This document shows positions 16,053 to 25,842 of a stretch of 26,285 bases of DNA, piece by piece (positions within the stretch are counted from its first letter, which is position 1; every line of letters starts with the position of its first letter). The stretch lies in the NCBI GenBank assembly GCA_043803745.1, contig JAZDJS010000043.1, forward strand, positions 1 through 26,285. Direction: 5' to 3'. The translations under genes were made by a program, and so were the position numbers. This DNA is from an archaeon. GTDB lineage: Archaea > SpSt-1190 > DYHY01. Below the pieces are notes generated by a model. It was not told the DNA's origin and did no database searches. It worked only from the letters and a program-made list of their open reading frames with translations.

Positions 16053-16751
16053 CTATTCTACCAGGAAAGTTTCAACAAACTCCTTGCCGGCGCCCTTCGT
16101 GCTCCTCTTCATCCGTATTTTCCCGATTTCTCCGGTGTTTCTCACATGGGTTCCGCCGCAGTACATCTTCAGCTCCTCGCACTGCCAGAGGCGAAGAAGC
16201 GGATTCTCCTCGGATGGTCCTGTCCGTATTTCAAGGTTCCTTGAAATGAACTCGTTTGTCATTTCCTCAGCTTTTTTCAAATCCTCGGGACCGAACTTTT
16301 TCTCGCTCCCGTATGTTCCCCTGTCCTTTTGCCAATCGACTTTCGAGCCAAGCCGGGACAGGTTTCCGAAAACCTTGAAGAGGAAATGCTCCATTATGTG
16401 GCTTGCCGCATGCAGGCGCATTGTCTTATGCCGCTTCTCCCAGTCGATTGCGCAGGCAACAACATCGCCGACCGCAAAAGCCGGCGCGGATTCCAGGACG
16501 TGGATTATTTTTCCGCCTATGGGAATCTCGTCTTCCCCGACCTTTAGGATTTCCGAGCCAACCTTGATTGTATTGGCAACTTTTACCCCGCCAATTGTCC
16601 CCGTGTCGCCGGCTTGCCCGCCGCCCTCGGGATAAAAGCAGGTTTTGTCAAGGACAACCTCGTTCCCGCTGATTTCAAGAACCCTGGCTGAGAACTCCTT
16701 TTGATACGGGTCTGCGCAATAGAGCCTCTCCGTCAGTTCCGTTCCGCCCAT
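16053..16751 (-). CDS. alaX: Alanyl-tRNA editing protein AlaX-M
   Basis: 232 aa; FYPEGGGQAGDTG, HAASH (HxxxH) and CGGTH (CxxxH) zinc ligands. Confidence 0.92.
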   Translation of the reverse strand: MGGTELTERLYCADPYQKEFSARVLEISGNEVVLDKTCFYPEGGGQAGDTGTIGGVKVANTIKVGSEILKVGEDEIPIGGKIIHVLESAPAFAVGDVVACAIDWEKRHKTMRLHAASHIMEHFLFKVFGNLSRLGSKVDWQKDRGTYGSEKKFGPEDLKKAEEMTNEFISRNLEIRTGPSEENPLLRLWQCEELKMYCGGTHVRNTGEIGKIRMKRSTKGAGKEFVETFLVE

Positions 16752-16775
16752 TGGGAGAGCGGGGGTCGCGCCAAT

Positions 16776-18170
16776 TTAACTTTTGCGGCTAAGAAGGTTT
16801 TCCACCGTTTTCCTGACGAACTCCGGATTCGGGCTTCCCGAGGATTTGTATGCCCGGAGTATCTTCAAGGGATTCTGGAATTCCTCAATCTCCGCCTCGG
16901 TCAAGCCAGCGCCCCCGGCCTTTCTGAAGGCGGAATAGGTTATCCTGTCCTTTCCTTCCTTCTCCGAAATCTTAACCGCAAGCTCGACAGTTTCCTTCGC
17001 TTCCCGGAACGGGTTCCCCGTCTTTATCGCGAAAAGCTCGAGGAAATGCGTCGCAGTTATGAAGTGCGCCCCCGACTGCTCAAGCATCCGTTTCCTGTCC
17101 GGAACAAGACCGGAAACAAGCTCGGGGAGAAGGGAAAGCAGCTCTGAGAAATCCGAGACGAGGGGAAGTATCTCCCCCTTTGTGAGCTGGGTCTCCCTGT
17201 TATATCCGATGAAAGAAGAGCTCCCGAGCGAGAGGATTGAAAAAAGCCTGCCTTTCGCAACCGAGGCATGTCCCTTCACGAGCTCAAGGAAATCCGGGTT
17301 CTTCTTCTGCGGCATTATCGAGCTTCCGGTGCAGTATCCGTCGGGCAGCTTGATGAAGCCAAACTCCGGAGAGGAGAGGAGAATGATTGTTTCGGCAAAG
17401 GAGGAAAGGTGATTAAGGCTTACTGAAATCGCGAAAGCTAGTGCAGCTTCAGCTTCCCACCTGTTCTGTATGGGGTCGAGGGAATTCTCTTCAGGACCTG
17501 AAAAGCCAAGCTCCTTTGCAGTAAGCTCCCGGTCAATCGGGAAAGCAGTACCGTAGCTTGCGGCAGAGCCGAGGGGACTCTTGTCATAGAGAGCGAGCCA
17601 CTTCTCGAGCTGTTTTGCGTCCCGCTCGAGAGCAAGACAGACTGAGAGGCAATAGTGCCCGAAAGTCGTCAACATTGCCCGCCTGTGATGCGTGTAGCCG
17701 GGCATTACGGTTTCTGCCTCTTTCAGGGCGAGTTTCGCAAGCGCGACAATAACCCGGGAAAGCTTTTTCCCCAGTTCCTTCGCAACCCCCTTCAGGAAAA
17801 TCCGTGTGTCAAGGGCAACCTGGTCGTTCCTGCTCCGTCCGGTGTGGATTTTCTTTCCGGCGGGAGCGAGCTTGGTGAGCGCGCATTCAACGGCAGTATG
17901 GACATCTTCAATCTCGGAAGAGAGCTCAACGCCCGCATCCGCGATTTTCAGCAGGCCCGTCTTGATTTCGGAAAGCTCCCTTTTTGTCAGCAAGCCGACC
18001 TTCCGAAGCATTTTCGCATGGGCCAGGGAACCGGAGACATCCGCTTCGAAAAGCATCTTGTCCAGGGGAAGCGAGCACTTCACATCCCTTCCGGAGAGGA
18101 AGGAGAGCAGCGCGCCGTCCGGCGCGGGCAGGTCCGTCCCCCAGAGCCGTTTTCCACTCTGCCCACTCAT
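16776..18170 (-). CDS. argH: Argininosuccinate lyase
   Basis: HTGRSRNDQ, MPGYTH, GSSIMPQKKNP fumarase-superfamily signature; ATGA overlap with argG. Confidence 0.95.
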   Translation of the reverse strand: MSGQSGKRLWGTDLPAPDGALLSFLSGRDVKCSLPLDKMLFEADVSGSLAHAKMLRKVGLLTKRELSEIKTGLLKIADAGVELSSEIEDVHTAVECALTKLAPAGKKIHTGRSRNDQVALDTRIFLKGVAKELGKKLSRVIVALAKLALKEAETVMPGYTHHRRAMLTTFGHYCLSVCLALERDAKQLEKWLALYDKSPLGSAASYGTAFPIDRELTAKELGFSGPEENSLDPIQNRWEAEAALAFAISVSLNHLSSFAETIILLSSPEFGFIKLPDGYCTGSSIMPQKKNPDFLELVKGHASVAKGRLFSILSLGSSSFIGYNRETQLTKGEILPLVSDFSELLSLLPELVSGLVPDRKRMLEQSGAHFITATHFLELFAIKTGNPFREAKETVELAVKISEKEGKDRITYSAFRKAGGAGLTEAEIEEFQNPLKILRAYKSSGSPNPEFVRKTVENLLSRKS

Positions 18171-19393
18171 TTCTTAGTCTTGCTCCCGATGGCATTGGCC
18201 ATCCTTGTCGAAAGCCCCCAGAGCTCGATGAAGCCGACCGAGTTCATCTGGTCGAACTTGCTGTCAATGTTGTAGCTTGCGAGGTTGAAATCGTAGATTC
18301 CGTAGGGCGACTTTCTGCCGACAACCCGGACCGAGCCCTTCTCAAGCTTGACCTTCACAGTTCCTGTGACAGTTTCATTCACTTTTTCAACAAAAGAATT
18401 CAAGGCGCCCATCAGGGGGTCGGTCCAGAGCCCGGAATAGGCAAGCCAGGCCCATTTGGAATCGACCTGCTCCTTGAAGTGGTTCGTGCCTGAGGTGTTC
18501 GTGAATTTCTCCAAATCTTTGTGGGCGGAGATTATTATCGCGGCAGCGGGGTATTCGTAGACTTCCCTGCTTTTTAGGCCAACGACCCGGTCCTCCATGT
18601 GGTCTAGCCTCCCTATTCCATAGGAACCGCCAAGCTTGTTGAGCGCGCAGATAAGCTCAAGCGTTCCGGAGACGAGCTTCCCGCTTGACTGGATTTTCGC
18701 CGAAACCGGAACGCCCTTCTCGAACTTTAGTTCGACTATCTCCGGCTTGTCAGGTGCCTTTGAGGGAGCGACAGTCCACTCGAAAGCCCTTTCAGGAGGC
18801 TCGTTCCAGGGATCCTCAAGAACCCCGCATTCGGCGGAGCGCCCCCAGAGGTTCTGGTCGATTGAGAACTCGCTTTTCTTTTCGCTTACAGGCAGCCCGT
18901 TCTTCCTGCAATACTCGATTTCCCCGTCCCGTCCCATGTTCCATTCCCTGACGGGCACGAGCACCTGCATCTCCGGAGCAAGGGATTTCACGATTATGTC
19001 GAATCTCACCTGGTCGTTCCCCTTCCCGGTGCAGCCGTGCGCAATCGCGCTTGCGCCCTCTTTCCGTGCGATGCCGACCGCAAGCTTCGCCATCAGGGGC
19101 CTCGCAATCGAGGTCCCGACAGGATAGATTCCCTGATAGAGCGCGTTAGCCTTTATTGCCGGAATAACGTAGCCCTCGACGAACTCTTTTTTCGCGTCAA
19201 TCGTGTAATGCTTGACTGCCCCGATTTTCTTAGACTTGTCCGCAACCTCGTTCAGATTCTCCTTCTGCCCGACGTCGAGCGTCAGGGTTATTATTTTCCA
19301 TCCGTGTTCCTTTTCGAGCCATTTGCAGATCGTCGTTGTGTCGAGCCCGCCCGAGAAAAGCAAGACCGCCTTCTTGCCCGCTCCCTTCTTCAT
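18167..19393 (-). CDS. argG: Argininosuccinate synthase
   Basis: FSGGLDT, HGCTGKGNDQVRF, SIDQNLWGRS, EDRVVGLKSREVYE. Confidence 0.97.
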   Translation of the reverse strand: MKKGAGKKAVLLFSGGLDTTTICKWLEKEHGWKIITLTLDVGQKENLNEVADKSKKIGAVKHYTIDAKKEFVEGYVIPAIKANALYQGIYPVGTSIARPLMAKLAVGIARKEGASAIAHGCTGKGNDQVRFDIIVKSLAPEMQVLVPVREWNMGRDGEIEYCRKNGLPVSEKKSEFSIDQNLWGRSAECGVLEDPWNEPPERAFEWTVAPSKAPDKPEIVELKFEKGVPVSAKIQSSGKLVSGTLELICALNKLGGSYGIGRLDHMEDRVVGLKSREVYEYPAAAIIISAHKDLEKFTNTSGTNHFKEQVDSKWAWLAYSGLWTDPLMGALNSFVEKVNETVTGTVKVKLEKGSVRVVGRKSPYGIYDFNLASYNIDSKFDQMNSVGFIELWGLSTRMANAIGSKTKK

Positions 19394-19395
19394 TT

Positions 19396-19809
19396 TCAGA
19401 AGACCCCCGGAAGATAGCCTTCCTCGACAAGCTCGGGATTCGCCCGCCCGAATGCCTGAATCGATTTCCCGTCGTCGACCAGGAGGAAATCCATGACCGG
19501 CTCTGCTTTCCAGGTTTTCTCCATATACTCGGCAAGCCAGCCAAGGCCGTCAGCATCCAAATCCGCCTTTCCGAAATAGACGAGCGCCTTGTTTTCTCCC
19601 GCCCCCGGCGCGTAGCCTCCCGCAGTTTCGGTTTTGCAGGTTTCCATTTCCATCACGACGGCATATGGTGCCCGCCCGAATTCGACAGCGTCCTCATATT
19701 TCAGCGCAACAAGCAGCCCCTTCTCAAAGACGGCAATCGCCCCCTTTCCGCTCCCATTTCCCATGGGAAACACTCCGCCGCCATCTGGGTTAAAAGGAAT
19801 TCGAATCAT
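19396..19809 (-). CDS. Hypothetical protein at the head of the argGH operon
   Basis: Stop 2 nt before the argG start. Start uncertain (ATG 19818, 19809 or 19764); the track extension to 20169 overlaps the ACT gene and is unlikely. Confidence 0.6.
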   Translation of the reverse strand: MIRIPFNPDGGGVFPMGNGSGKGAIAVFEKGLLVALKYEDAVEFGRAPYAVVMEMETCKTETAGGYAPGAGENKALVYFGKADLDADGLGWLAEYMEKTWKAEPVMDFLLVDDGKSIQAFGRANPELVEEGYLPGVF

Positions 19810-19846
19810 AGAAAACATAATAAAACACCCCTGTTCCAAGGGAAAC

Positions 19847-20521
19847 ATGAAAGCCAAATCGGGCAAATCAGGTAAGCCAAGCATACAGAAACTGGCGGAG
19901 GCCGAGATATCGTCGAACCTCCTTTTAGATGAATCGGTCCTTTCAGGCATTGCGAATTTCAGGGCCGTCGCCCGGAAACTGAGGCGGAAAATCCCCGAGG
20001 CAAGCGTCGAAGCTCTTGCGATTTCCACAAGGCGATACTTTGAAAAGGCCCGTCGCGGGCACGCTTCCGCAGACGAGGCTCTCTTCCGCCTCCTTTCGAA
20101 AGCCAAGATAAAAGCAACCACAGAGGTTGCCGACTTCACGCTTGAATCCGGGGAGCGGACGATTTCCAAGGTTTCCGAACTGATGAAAAAGATAAGCCCG
20201 AAGAGGGGGGAGATTTTCCATTTCGTCGCCGGCTACCGGGCGGCGACCTTGATAGTTGACATGGAGAATTTCGGGAAGGTCAGCCGCGCTGCCAAGGGCC
20301 TCGTCATCGACGTCAGGAAGAACGTTGCGGAAATCTCGATAATAACCGGCGCGGAGGTTGAGCGGGTTCCGGGCTGGGTCGCCCTCGTTTCCCGCCTGCT
20401 GGCGAGAAACGGCATAAACATGCTAGAGACACTCTCCTGCTACACCGAGACGATCCTGATTATCAAGGAGAGGGACGTAGGGAAGGTCCTGACCGTTCTT
20501 TCCGAGGGGCGGGAAAGCTGA
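19847..20521 (+). CDS. Archaeal ACT-domain protein, predicted regulator of amino-acid metabolism
   Basis: 224 aa from ATG 19847. N-terminal GIANFRAVARKL...RRY helical domain and C-terminal ACT PGWVALVSRLLARNGINMLETLSCYTE. Confidence 0.82.
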   Translation: MKAKSGKSGKPSIQKLAEAEISSNLLLDESVLSGIANFRAVARKLRRKIPEASVEALAISTRRYFEKARRGHASADEALFRLLSKAKIKATTEVADFTLESGERTISKVSELMKKISPKRGEIFHFVAGYRAATLIVDMENFGKVSRAAKGLVIDVRKNVAEISIITGAEVERVPGWVALVSRLLARNGINMLETLSCYTETILIIKERDVGKVLTVLSEGRES

Positions 20522-20533
20522 GTTTTTGAAGAA

Positions 20534-21241
20534 CTAGCCTTTGGCGCGCGGGGTTTCAGAGTCAAGGAGCGCGGTTTCAAGCGCGCCTCCACAGGCTTCC
20601 GAGACGATGCTTGCAAGTTCCGAGAGCGCCTCTCTGATTTCCTCCTTTCCAACCGGAGGAAGGCCCTCTATCACAAGGATGCAGTTCCGCGTTTCCTCGG
20701 TAAGCTTCGTCCTGTCAGCCTCCTTCCAGTTCCACCTGCGGCAGATAGTCGATAGGTCGTCCTTGTAAATCACTTCACCCTTGTGCGGCTGACGCGCTTC
20801 GCTTTCCCCGAGCATTATCGCGGGAGTTTCGCTTTCCCCGGCTATTGCCAGCCGTATTGTTCCTTTGACCTTGTCAAGGTCCTCTCCTCCGACAGGCAGC
20901 ATGTGCTTGAGGGAAATGTAGTTGTAGACGTCGACAATCTTGTTTATTTTCCAGAGGGAATTGCCCCCAAGAATCCTCTTGTAGAGGTTCTCAACCGACG
21001 ACTTGTTCTTCTTCGGCTCCCCTCCGAAAGTTCGGTAAGCGTCCCGCCAGATTTCTATCTTCTTCTGTTGGGAAAGGTTTTCGTTCGTGAACTCCTTCCT
21101 GATTCTTTCAATTTCAGCACCAATCAGTTCCTGGGCTTTCGGGAACGCTCCTGAGTTGTCCAAGTTTTTCGCAAAAACAACCCCAATTACAACTCCAGGG
21201 AACCTGTCGAAGATTTCCTTTTCAATTTCAATTTCAATCAT
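20534..21241 (-). CDS. Standalone B3/4 (PheRS-beta editing-like) domain protein
   Basis: 235 aa from ATG 21241; WRDAYRTFG, SSVENLYKR, INKIVDVYNYISL, PVGGEDLD, GEVIYKD, CRRWNW. Confidence 0.88.
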   Translation of the reverse strand: MIEIEIEKEIFDRFPGVVIGVVFAKNLDNSGAFPKAQELIGAEIERIRKEFTNENLSQQKKIEIWRDAYRTFGGEPKKNKSSVENLYKRILGGNSLWKINKIVDVYNYISLKHMLPVGGEDLDKVKGTIRLAIAGESETPAIMLGESEARQPHKGEVIYKDDLSTICRRWNWKEADRTKLTEETRNCILVIEGLPPVGKEEIREALSELASIVSEACGGALETALLDSETPRAKG

Positions 21242-21264
21242 TCTGCTATTATCCTTGTGACTGC

Positions 21265-21272
21265 TTTTTAAA
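21265..21272. promoter_or_regulatory. Bidirectional TATA box between the B3/4 and EndoQ genes
   Basis: TTTTTAAA exactly 23 nt from both ATG 21241 (-) and ATG 21296 (+). Confidence 0.55.
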
Positions 21273-21295
21273 TTCTGGTTCTTGTTTTTCTCAAG

Positions 21296-22489
21296 ATGTT
21301 CCCTTCCGACTCGCTTTTCGCCGACCTCCACATACACTCGAACAAGAACGGCAACTTGGCGCGCCCCGGCGATGTCGGAAAGCTTGTTTCGGTCTCGGAG
21401 CAAAAGGGGCTCGGGCTTGTCGGGACCGGCGACCTTACGAACAGGAGATGGCGGGAAATCGTCTATTCCGAAACCTCCGAAGCTGACGGGCTCCAGTGGT
21501 CGGCCGAGCGGAGCGAAGGTCCTCAGCGGAGGAAAGAGTTCCCGCTTCTTTTGTCAGTCGAGGTCTGCTGCTCCGACAAGGCGCACCACCTGCTCCTGCT
21601 CCCGGACCGGGAAAGCGCCCGCGCGCTCTTTTCCGAGTTCGCAAAGGTCGGAAAGATAGAGAAAATGGGGCGTCCCTTCCTCCACATTGACTCCCGCGCC
21701 CTTGCAGAAACCTGTTTCGGGATTGACAAGCGAATCGAACTTATTCCCGCACATGTCTGGACCCCGCATTTCGGGATGTTCGGCGAGGAAGCTCATTACA
21801 ATTCCCTGTCAGAAGCTTTCGGCGAATTCGAGCCAAGCATCAACGCAATTGAAACCGGTCTCTCTTCTAACCCTGAGATGAACCGGCGCATGCCCTGGCT
21901 TGACAAAAAAGCAATCCTTTCCTTCTCCGACTGCCATGCCCACACCCTCCTCAGAATAGGAAGAGAGGCAACTATTTTCTCCCGGGCGGAATCCTATTCG
22001 GAAATAATCTCCCAAATCCGGAAAAACTCCCACTTCGGGACAATAGAAGTCTTCCCTGAATTCGGCAAATACCATTGGTCCGGCCACAGGAACTGCGGGA
22101 TTTCCCTTTCCCCCGAGGCTGCCGAGAAGGCGGGCAATAAATGTCCGAGATGCGGCAAGCCCCTTACCCGCGGAGTCGAATCGCGCGTATTCGAGCTGCA
22201 AAAGCGAGCCAGGGGCTCGTCCGAGAAGCCCACTCTCCACACCCTCCCGATTCCGGAGATTGCCTCGGCAGTTTATTCGGTTGGCGCGAATTCCGCAAAG
22301 GTCAGAAAGATTCAAGAGAATTTCATCGGCAGGTTCGGCTCGGAACTCTCAGCGCTTGTCTCCGCTCCGGAGGCTGAACTTGTCGCTGTAGATGAGAATG
22401 TCGGTAAAGCAATTCTCTCCTGTAGGAAATGCGCGGTCAAGCTGACTCCGGGCTATGACGGGATTTACGGGAAAGCTTTGTTTGCCTAG
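21296..22489 (+). CDS. endoQ: Endonuclease Q family (PHP domain plus zinc finger)
   Basis: ADLHIHS, GTGD, PAHVWTP, ETGLSS, SDCH, GREAT, GKYHWSGHRNC...CPRCG...GV, PGYDGIYGK. Confidence 0.88.
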   Translation: MFPSDSLFADLHIHSNKNGNLARPGDVGKLVSVSEQKGLGLVGTGDLTNRRWREIVYSETSEADGLQWSAERSEGPQRRKEFPLLLSVEVCCSDKAHHLLLLPDRESARALFSEFAKVGKIEKMGRPFLHIDSRALAETCFGIDKRIELIPAHVWTPHFGMFGEEAHYNSLSEAFGEFEPSINAIETGLSSNPEMNRRMPWLDKKAILSFSDCHAHTLLRIGREATIFSRAESYSEIISQIRKNSHFGTIEVFPEFGKYHWSGHRNCGISLSPEAAEKAGNKCPRCGKPLTRGVESRVFELQKRARGSSEKPTLHTLPIPEIASAVYSVGANSAKVRKIQENFIGRFGSELSALVSAPEAELVAVDENVGKAILSCRKCAVKLTPGYDGIYGKALFA

Positions 22490-23574
22490 GGTAGGAATTC
22501 TTTTTTCTTGATTTTGGACGGCAGGTACTCCTGAGAAACGAACTTGAGGTGCCTGCTTGCAAGAGCTTCCTGCTCCGCCTTGATTTTCTTGTCAATCATT
22601 GTCTTGAGCTCTTCCTGCCACTCCTTCGCCGCGAACCAGGGGTATTTCATCATCTCCTTCGTCCGTTTCAAATCCTGGTCGGTCGCCCGTATAGTGTATT
22701 TCTCAAGGCCGAAATTCTGGATGTCCGCCATTGTCAGCCCGATGAACTTTGCCGAAGGCGTTGCGAATTCCTCGGATGCATGGGCGAGGTTTATCGAGCC
22801 GCTCTTGATTACGGAGTAGATGTAATATCCGTACGCATCCGCATCGGTGAAGACGTAGACCGGCAGCTTCGTTTTTACGCTAAGGTTGTGTATTAGCCTC
22901 TTTGTGCCGCGAGCCGCCTGCCCGTGCGTCCCAATCAGTATGCACTCGTGATTTTCCCAGAACCGGTCCTCGTTAAGTCTGTCGAATGTTGCGTTTTTCT
23001 CGACAACCAAGATGAACTTGGCGTTGATTTTCTTCAGCTTGATTGCCTCTACGTTCGAGGGAATTGACCAGCCCCCCGATCCGAGCTTCGACCAGTCAAT
23101 GCTGTCCCCCCGGTCCTCAATCATCACCTTGCCCGCCGCGACCCCCGACCTGTCCGCGTTGAGGTGAAGCTGTTCCCTGAGGATGTCAAGCATCACTTCA
23201 AGATCGACTATTATCGGGTCGCTTTCGCTCTGCTCCTCGAAAGTGTTCTCATGCGTCCCGGCAATGTTCCGTTTCAGCGAATAGTACGCTTCCCTGATTG
23301 AAGCGTGTATGTCGTGCTCGACAAGCTCCTTGCAGAAGGCGCCCACGAGCATCGTCTGCATGAACTTGCGCGCGTGCGCAACGTTGACAAAGTAGCGCTT
23401 CGATTCCTGGCTCCCTAGGGAAAGCGTCTTTTTTTCCTTGTTGAACGTGATGTTGGAGAGCGCCCGCACGGGAATCGAGACGTACGGATTGTCCCCCCTC
23501 TTGATCTGCTCGGCGACTCCCCTGCCCATTTTCTCAAGCTTTGGAACAATGCTGTTTTCGTCTTCAGACGTCAT
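22486..23574 (-). CDS. top6A: DNA topoisomerase VI subunit A
   Basis: REAYYS catalytic Tyr region, EQSESD, TOPRIM VVEK and DAD, KAEQEAL. Confidence 0.96.
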   Translation of the reverse strand: MTSEDENSIVPKLEKMGRGVAEQIKRGDNPYVSIPVRALSNITFNKEKKTLSLGSQESKRYFVNVAHARKFMQTMLVGAFCKELVEHDIHASIREAYYSLKRNIAGTHENTFEEQSESDPIIVDLEVMLDILREQLHLNADRSGVAAGKVMIEDRGDSIDWSKLGSGGWSIPSNVEAIKLKKINAKFILVVEKNATFDRLNEDRFWENHECILIGTHGQAARGTKRLIHNLSVKTKLPVYVFTDADAYGYYIYSVIKSGSINLAHASEEFATPSAKFIGLTMADIQNFGLEKYTIRATDQDLKRTKEMMKYPWFAAKEWQEELKTMIDKKIKAEQEALASRHLKFVSQEYLPSKIKKKEFLP

Positions 23575-23576
23575 TT

Positions 23577-25298
23577 TTACTCTTCTCCCCCGCCATCATT
23601 TTCTTCAGAATCTTTTCCATTCGGTTGAGGCACCCCGCAGGCCTCTTCCTCCTCGTCCCCGACATCCCCCTTCTTCAGCTTGGCTGAAACGAGCTTCTGG
23701 AGTTTCTCCTTGAGCGTGCCTTCAGGCACGCGGGAAAGCTTCGAGACGCTTTTGGCTATCTCCGGAATGTATTTGTTGAAAAGGTCCCGCCTCCGCTGCT
23801 TCATCTGCTCGCGCCTGATTCCGGCAAGATGGCTCTTGAGCTTGCGACCAGCATCCATAAGGGCGAACCTGAGCTCAGCTATTATGTCGTCGTCCTCCGC
23901 AAGCGCCTGCTTTCCTGCTGACGTGTACGGAACGTGCGGCGAAATGAAGTTGACAACGACAGTTATCGGCGAGTTGTCAAAGTCGGTTATGTGATATCTC
24001 TTCCACTCAACCGACTTTACCGCCTGCGTTATTGCGCAGCCCCCCAAATCGAAAAGGAGAGGGACCCTGTTCGTGAACCGCATTATCTCGGCAGCCCTTG
24101 CCGACTTGGAAGAGCCGTCTTCCCGGATCGTCACCGTCCGCCCAGCTTCGCCCTCATATGCAATGCCGACTTCTACCTGGAAGGGGATTCCTCCCTTGTA
24201 AACCGAAGGCGCGCGGGTGACTACCGAGTAGAAATTAGGCTTGAGTATTGTTTTCAGGCTTTCCTCAATCCGTTCCTCGCCAATCGGGACGAGCCCGTCG
24301 GTTGTAGGGGCAATGAATTTTATCTGGCTGAACGATTTCACGATTGCCTCCGCCTGGTGATGCGTTATTTCCCTCGGGTCAATCCCAAAGTCGACTCCGG
24401 GGCAGAGCTTCGCAATCTCCTCGACCTTTGCGGAAGAGACGCGCGAAAGGGCGCTTGAAAGGAATGTCGAAAGCTTCCTCGCATCAGTGTTTGCCGCAAG
24501 CCCCCTAAGGTCGTCCGCCGAAAGCCCCAGAGGATGCGGCTGCATCTCCGTTGGCTTGGGCGGGATTTTCTTCGCGCTCCGCTCGAATGCCACGACATTC
24601 CCGTCGGGCTCCTTGAGCGTTATCTTCGCATGGGGATTCGCCATTGCGGTCCGCCTCAGGTATTCCAGGACGCCCTGCTCGGACTTTTGGTAGAGGACCT
24701 CCTTGTAGTGGGCGACTATCTTCGTCCCCCGCCACTTGCCCTTCGCCTTGAGAAGCTCGTAAATCACCGGCTCGTTCTTCTTGATGTCAATGTCCATGAC
24801 TGCCGTGATAATCGTCCCGTTTCCGGTCGAGGTGACGATTTTTATCGGCTGGCCGGTTGTCATGTGTGCGAACATTATCGCCCCGACTGAGCCTATCCCC
24901 TGCTGCCCCCTTGACTGGATATATCGGTGGAATTTCGTTCCGGACAGCATCTTCCCGAGGAGTTTAGGTATGAACGACTCGGGGATCCCGGTGCCGTTAT
25001 CCTGGACCGAGACGATGAATTCGCGCTCCCCGACGCCCTCGAGCTCTACGACTATCTCCGGGAGTATGTTTCCCTCCTCGCATGCGTCAAGCCCGTTCGT
25101 CACGAACTCGTGGACTATTGTCGTGAGGTTTCTCAGCGGTCCGGCATACCCGAGCATGTGCAGGTTCCGCCTGAAGAACTCCGCTACGTTCGATTCCCGG
25201 TAGGTCCGCTTGAAGAAATCCTCGGAGTCGAATTCCTGAGTGTTGTCGGTTATCCTTGCTGCTTCCTTGCCGTTCACGTCTTTTCCGTTTGCCACCAT
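23577..25298 (-). CDS. top6B: DNA topoisomerase VI subunit B
   Basis: GHKL motifs HEFVTNGLDA, DNGTG, SRGQQGIG; RFTNRVPLL, PYTSAGKQ. Confidence 0.96.
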   Translation of the reverse strand: MVANGKDVNGKEAARITDNTQEFDSEDFFKRTYRESNVAEFFRRNLHMLGYAGPLRNLTTIVHEFVTNGLDACEEGNILPEIVVELEGVGEREFIVSVQDNGTGIPESFIPKLLGKMLSGTKFHRYIQSRGQQGIGSVGAIMFAHMTTGQPIKIVTSTGNGTIITAVMDIDIKKNEPVIYELLKAKGKWRGTKIVAHYKEVLYQKSEQGVLEYLRRTAMANPHAKITLKEPDGNVVAFERSAKKIPPKPTEMQPHPLGLSADDLRGLAANTDARKLSTFLSSALSRVSSAKVEEIAKLCPGVDFGIDPREITHHQAEAIVKSFSQIKFIAPTTDGLVPIGEERIEESLKTILKPNFYSVVTRAPSVYKGGIPFQVEVGIAYEGEAGRTVTIREDGSSKSARAAEIMRFTNRVPLLFDLGGCAITQAVKSVEWKRYHITDFDNSPITVVVNFISPHVPYTSAGKQALAEDDDIIAELRFALMDAGRKLKSHLAGIRREQMKQRRRDLFNKYIPEIAKSVSKLSRVPEGTLKEKLQKLVSAKLKKGDVGDEEEEACGVPQPNGKDSEENDGGGEE

Positions 25299-25834
25299 TC
25301 AGTACCACCAGTCAGGCCCGCGCCATCCGTCTTTTTTCTCTCAACAAACTTGTAGACTGTTGCGTGCATCGCCCCTGAAAAGAGCTTTTCAAGACCCTGC
25401 CTCGCAATCGCAACATCGTTCTCCGGACCGATAAGCCCGACCGTGTCGCCGTAAACTGAAATATATATCCCTAATGTTTCCTCGAAAAACCGCTTGCATC
25501 TTCCGCCGGCGCCGATTACCCTCGCCTTCAGCCGCCGGATTGCCTTGCTGTTGGGCGCGTAATCGCCCAGGTCTATCAGCACGAATTCAACCCCTTCCTC
25601 GAGCAGGAAGAGCGCGCGATCCGGGGAAAAGCCCCTTCCGATCGCCTTCACGAGGTCCCTTGCAAGATATGCCTTGAGGGGGTCCCCGCCCGCGTTCCCG
25701 AAAACCGAGACCTGTCCGTCCTTGCTTATTTCAAGGGTCACGTCGCAGGCCTTTTCGACCCGCGCCTTCGTTTTTCCCTCTATTCCGACGAGTACTGCGA
25801 CCCGGTCCTTCGGGATTGATAGGAATTCCGGCAT
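25274..25834 (-). CDS. dim2: KH-domain pre-rRNA processing protein Dim2/Pno1
   Basis: IPKDRVAVLVG, AIGRGFSP, RVIGAGG, GAMHATVY; usual position between rio1 and top6B. Confidence 0.92.
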   Translation of the reverse strand: MPEFLSIPKDRVAVLVGIEGKTKARVEKACDVTLEISKDGQVSVFGNAGGDPLKAYLARDLVKAIGRGFSPDRALFLLEEGVEFVLIDLGDYAPNSKAIRRLKARVIGAGGRCKRFFEETLGIYISVYGDTVGLIGPENDVAIARQGLEKLFSGAMHATVYKFVERKKTDGAGLTGGTEWWQTEKT

Positions 25835-25842
25835 GATGGAAG

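Noticed and set aside
19396-21403. Long track versions 19396-20169, 19634-20521 and 20534-21403
   Set aside because: The 5' extensions overlap divergent genes and lack family-like sequence; internal ATGs fit domain boundaries and TATA spacing better.
53-25298. Inteins in Cdc48 or topoisomerase VI, and introns in the tRNAs
   Set aside because: Proteins are of normal length with contiguous motifs, and both tRNAs fold without interruption.
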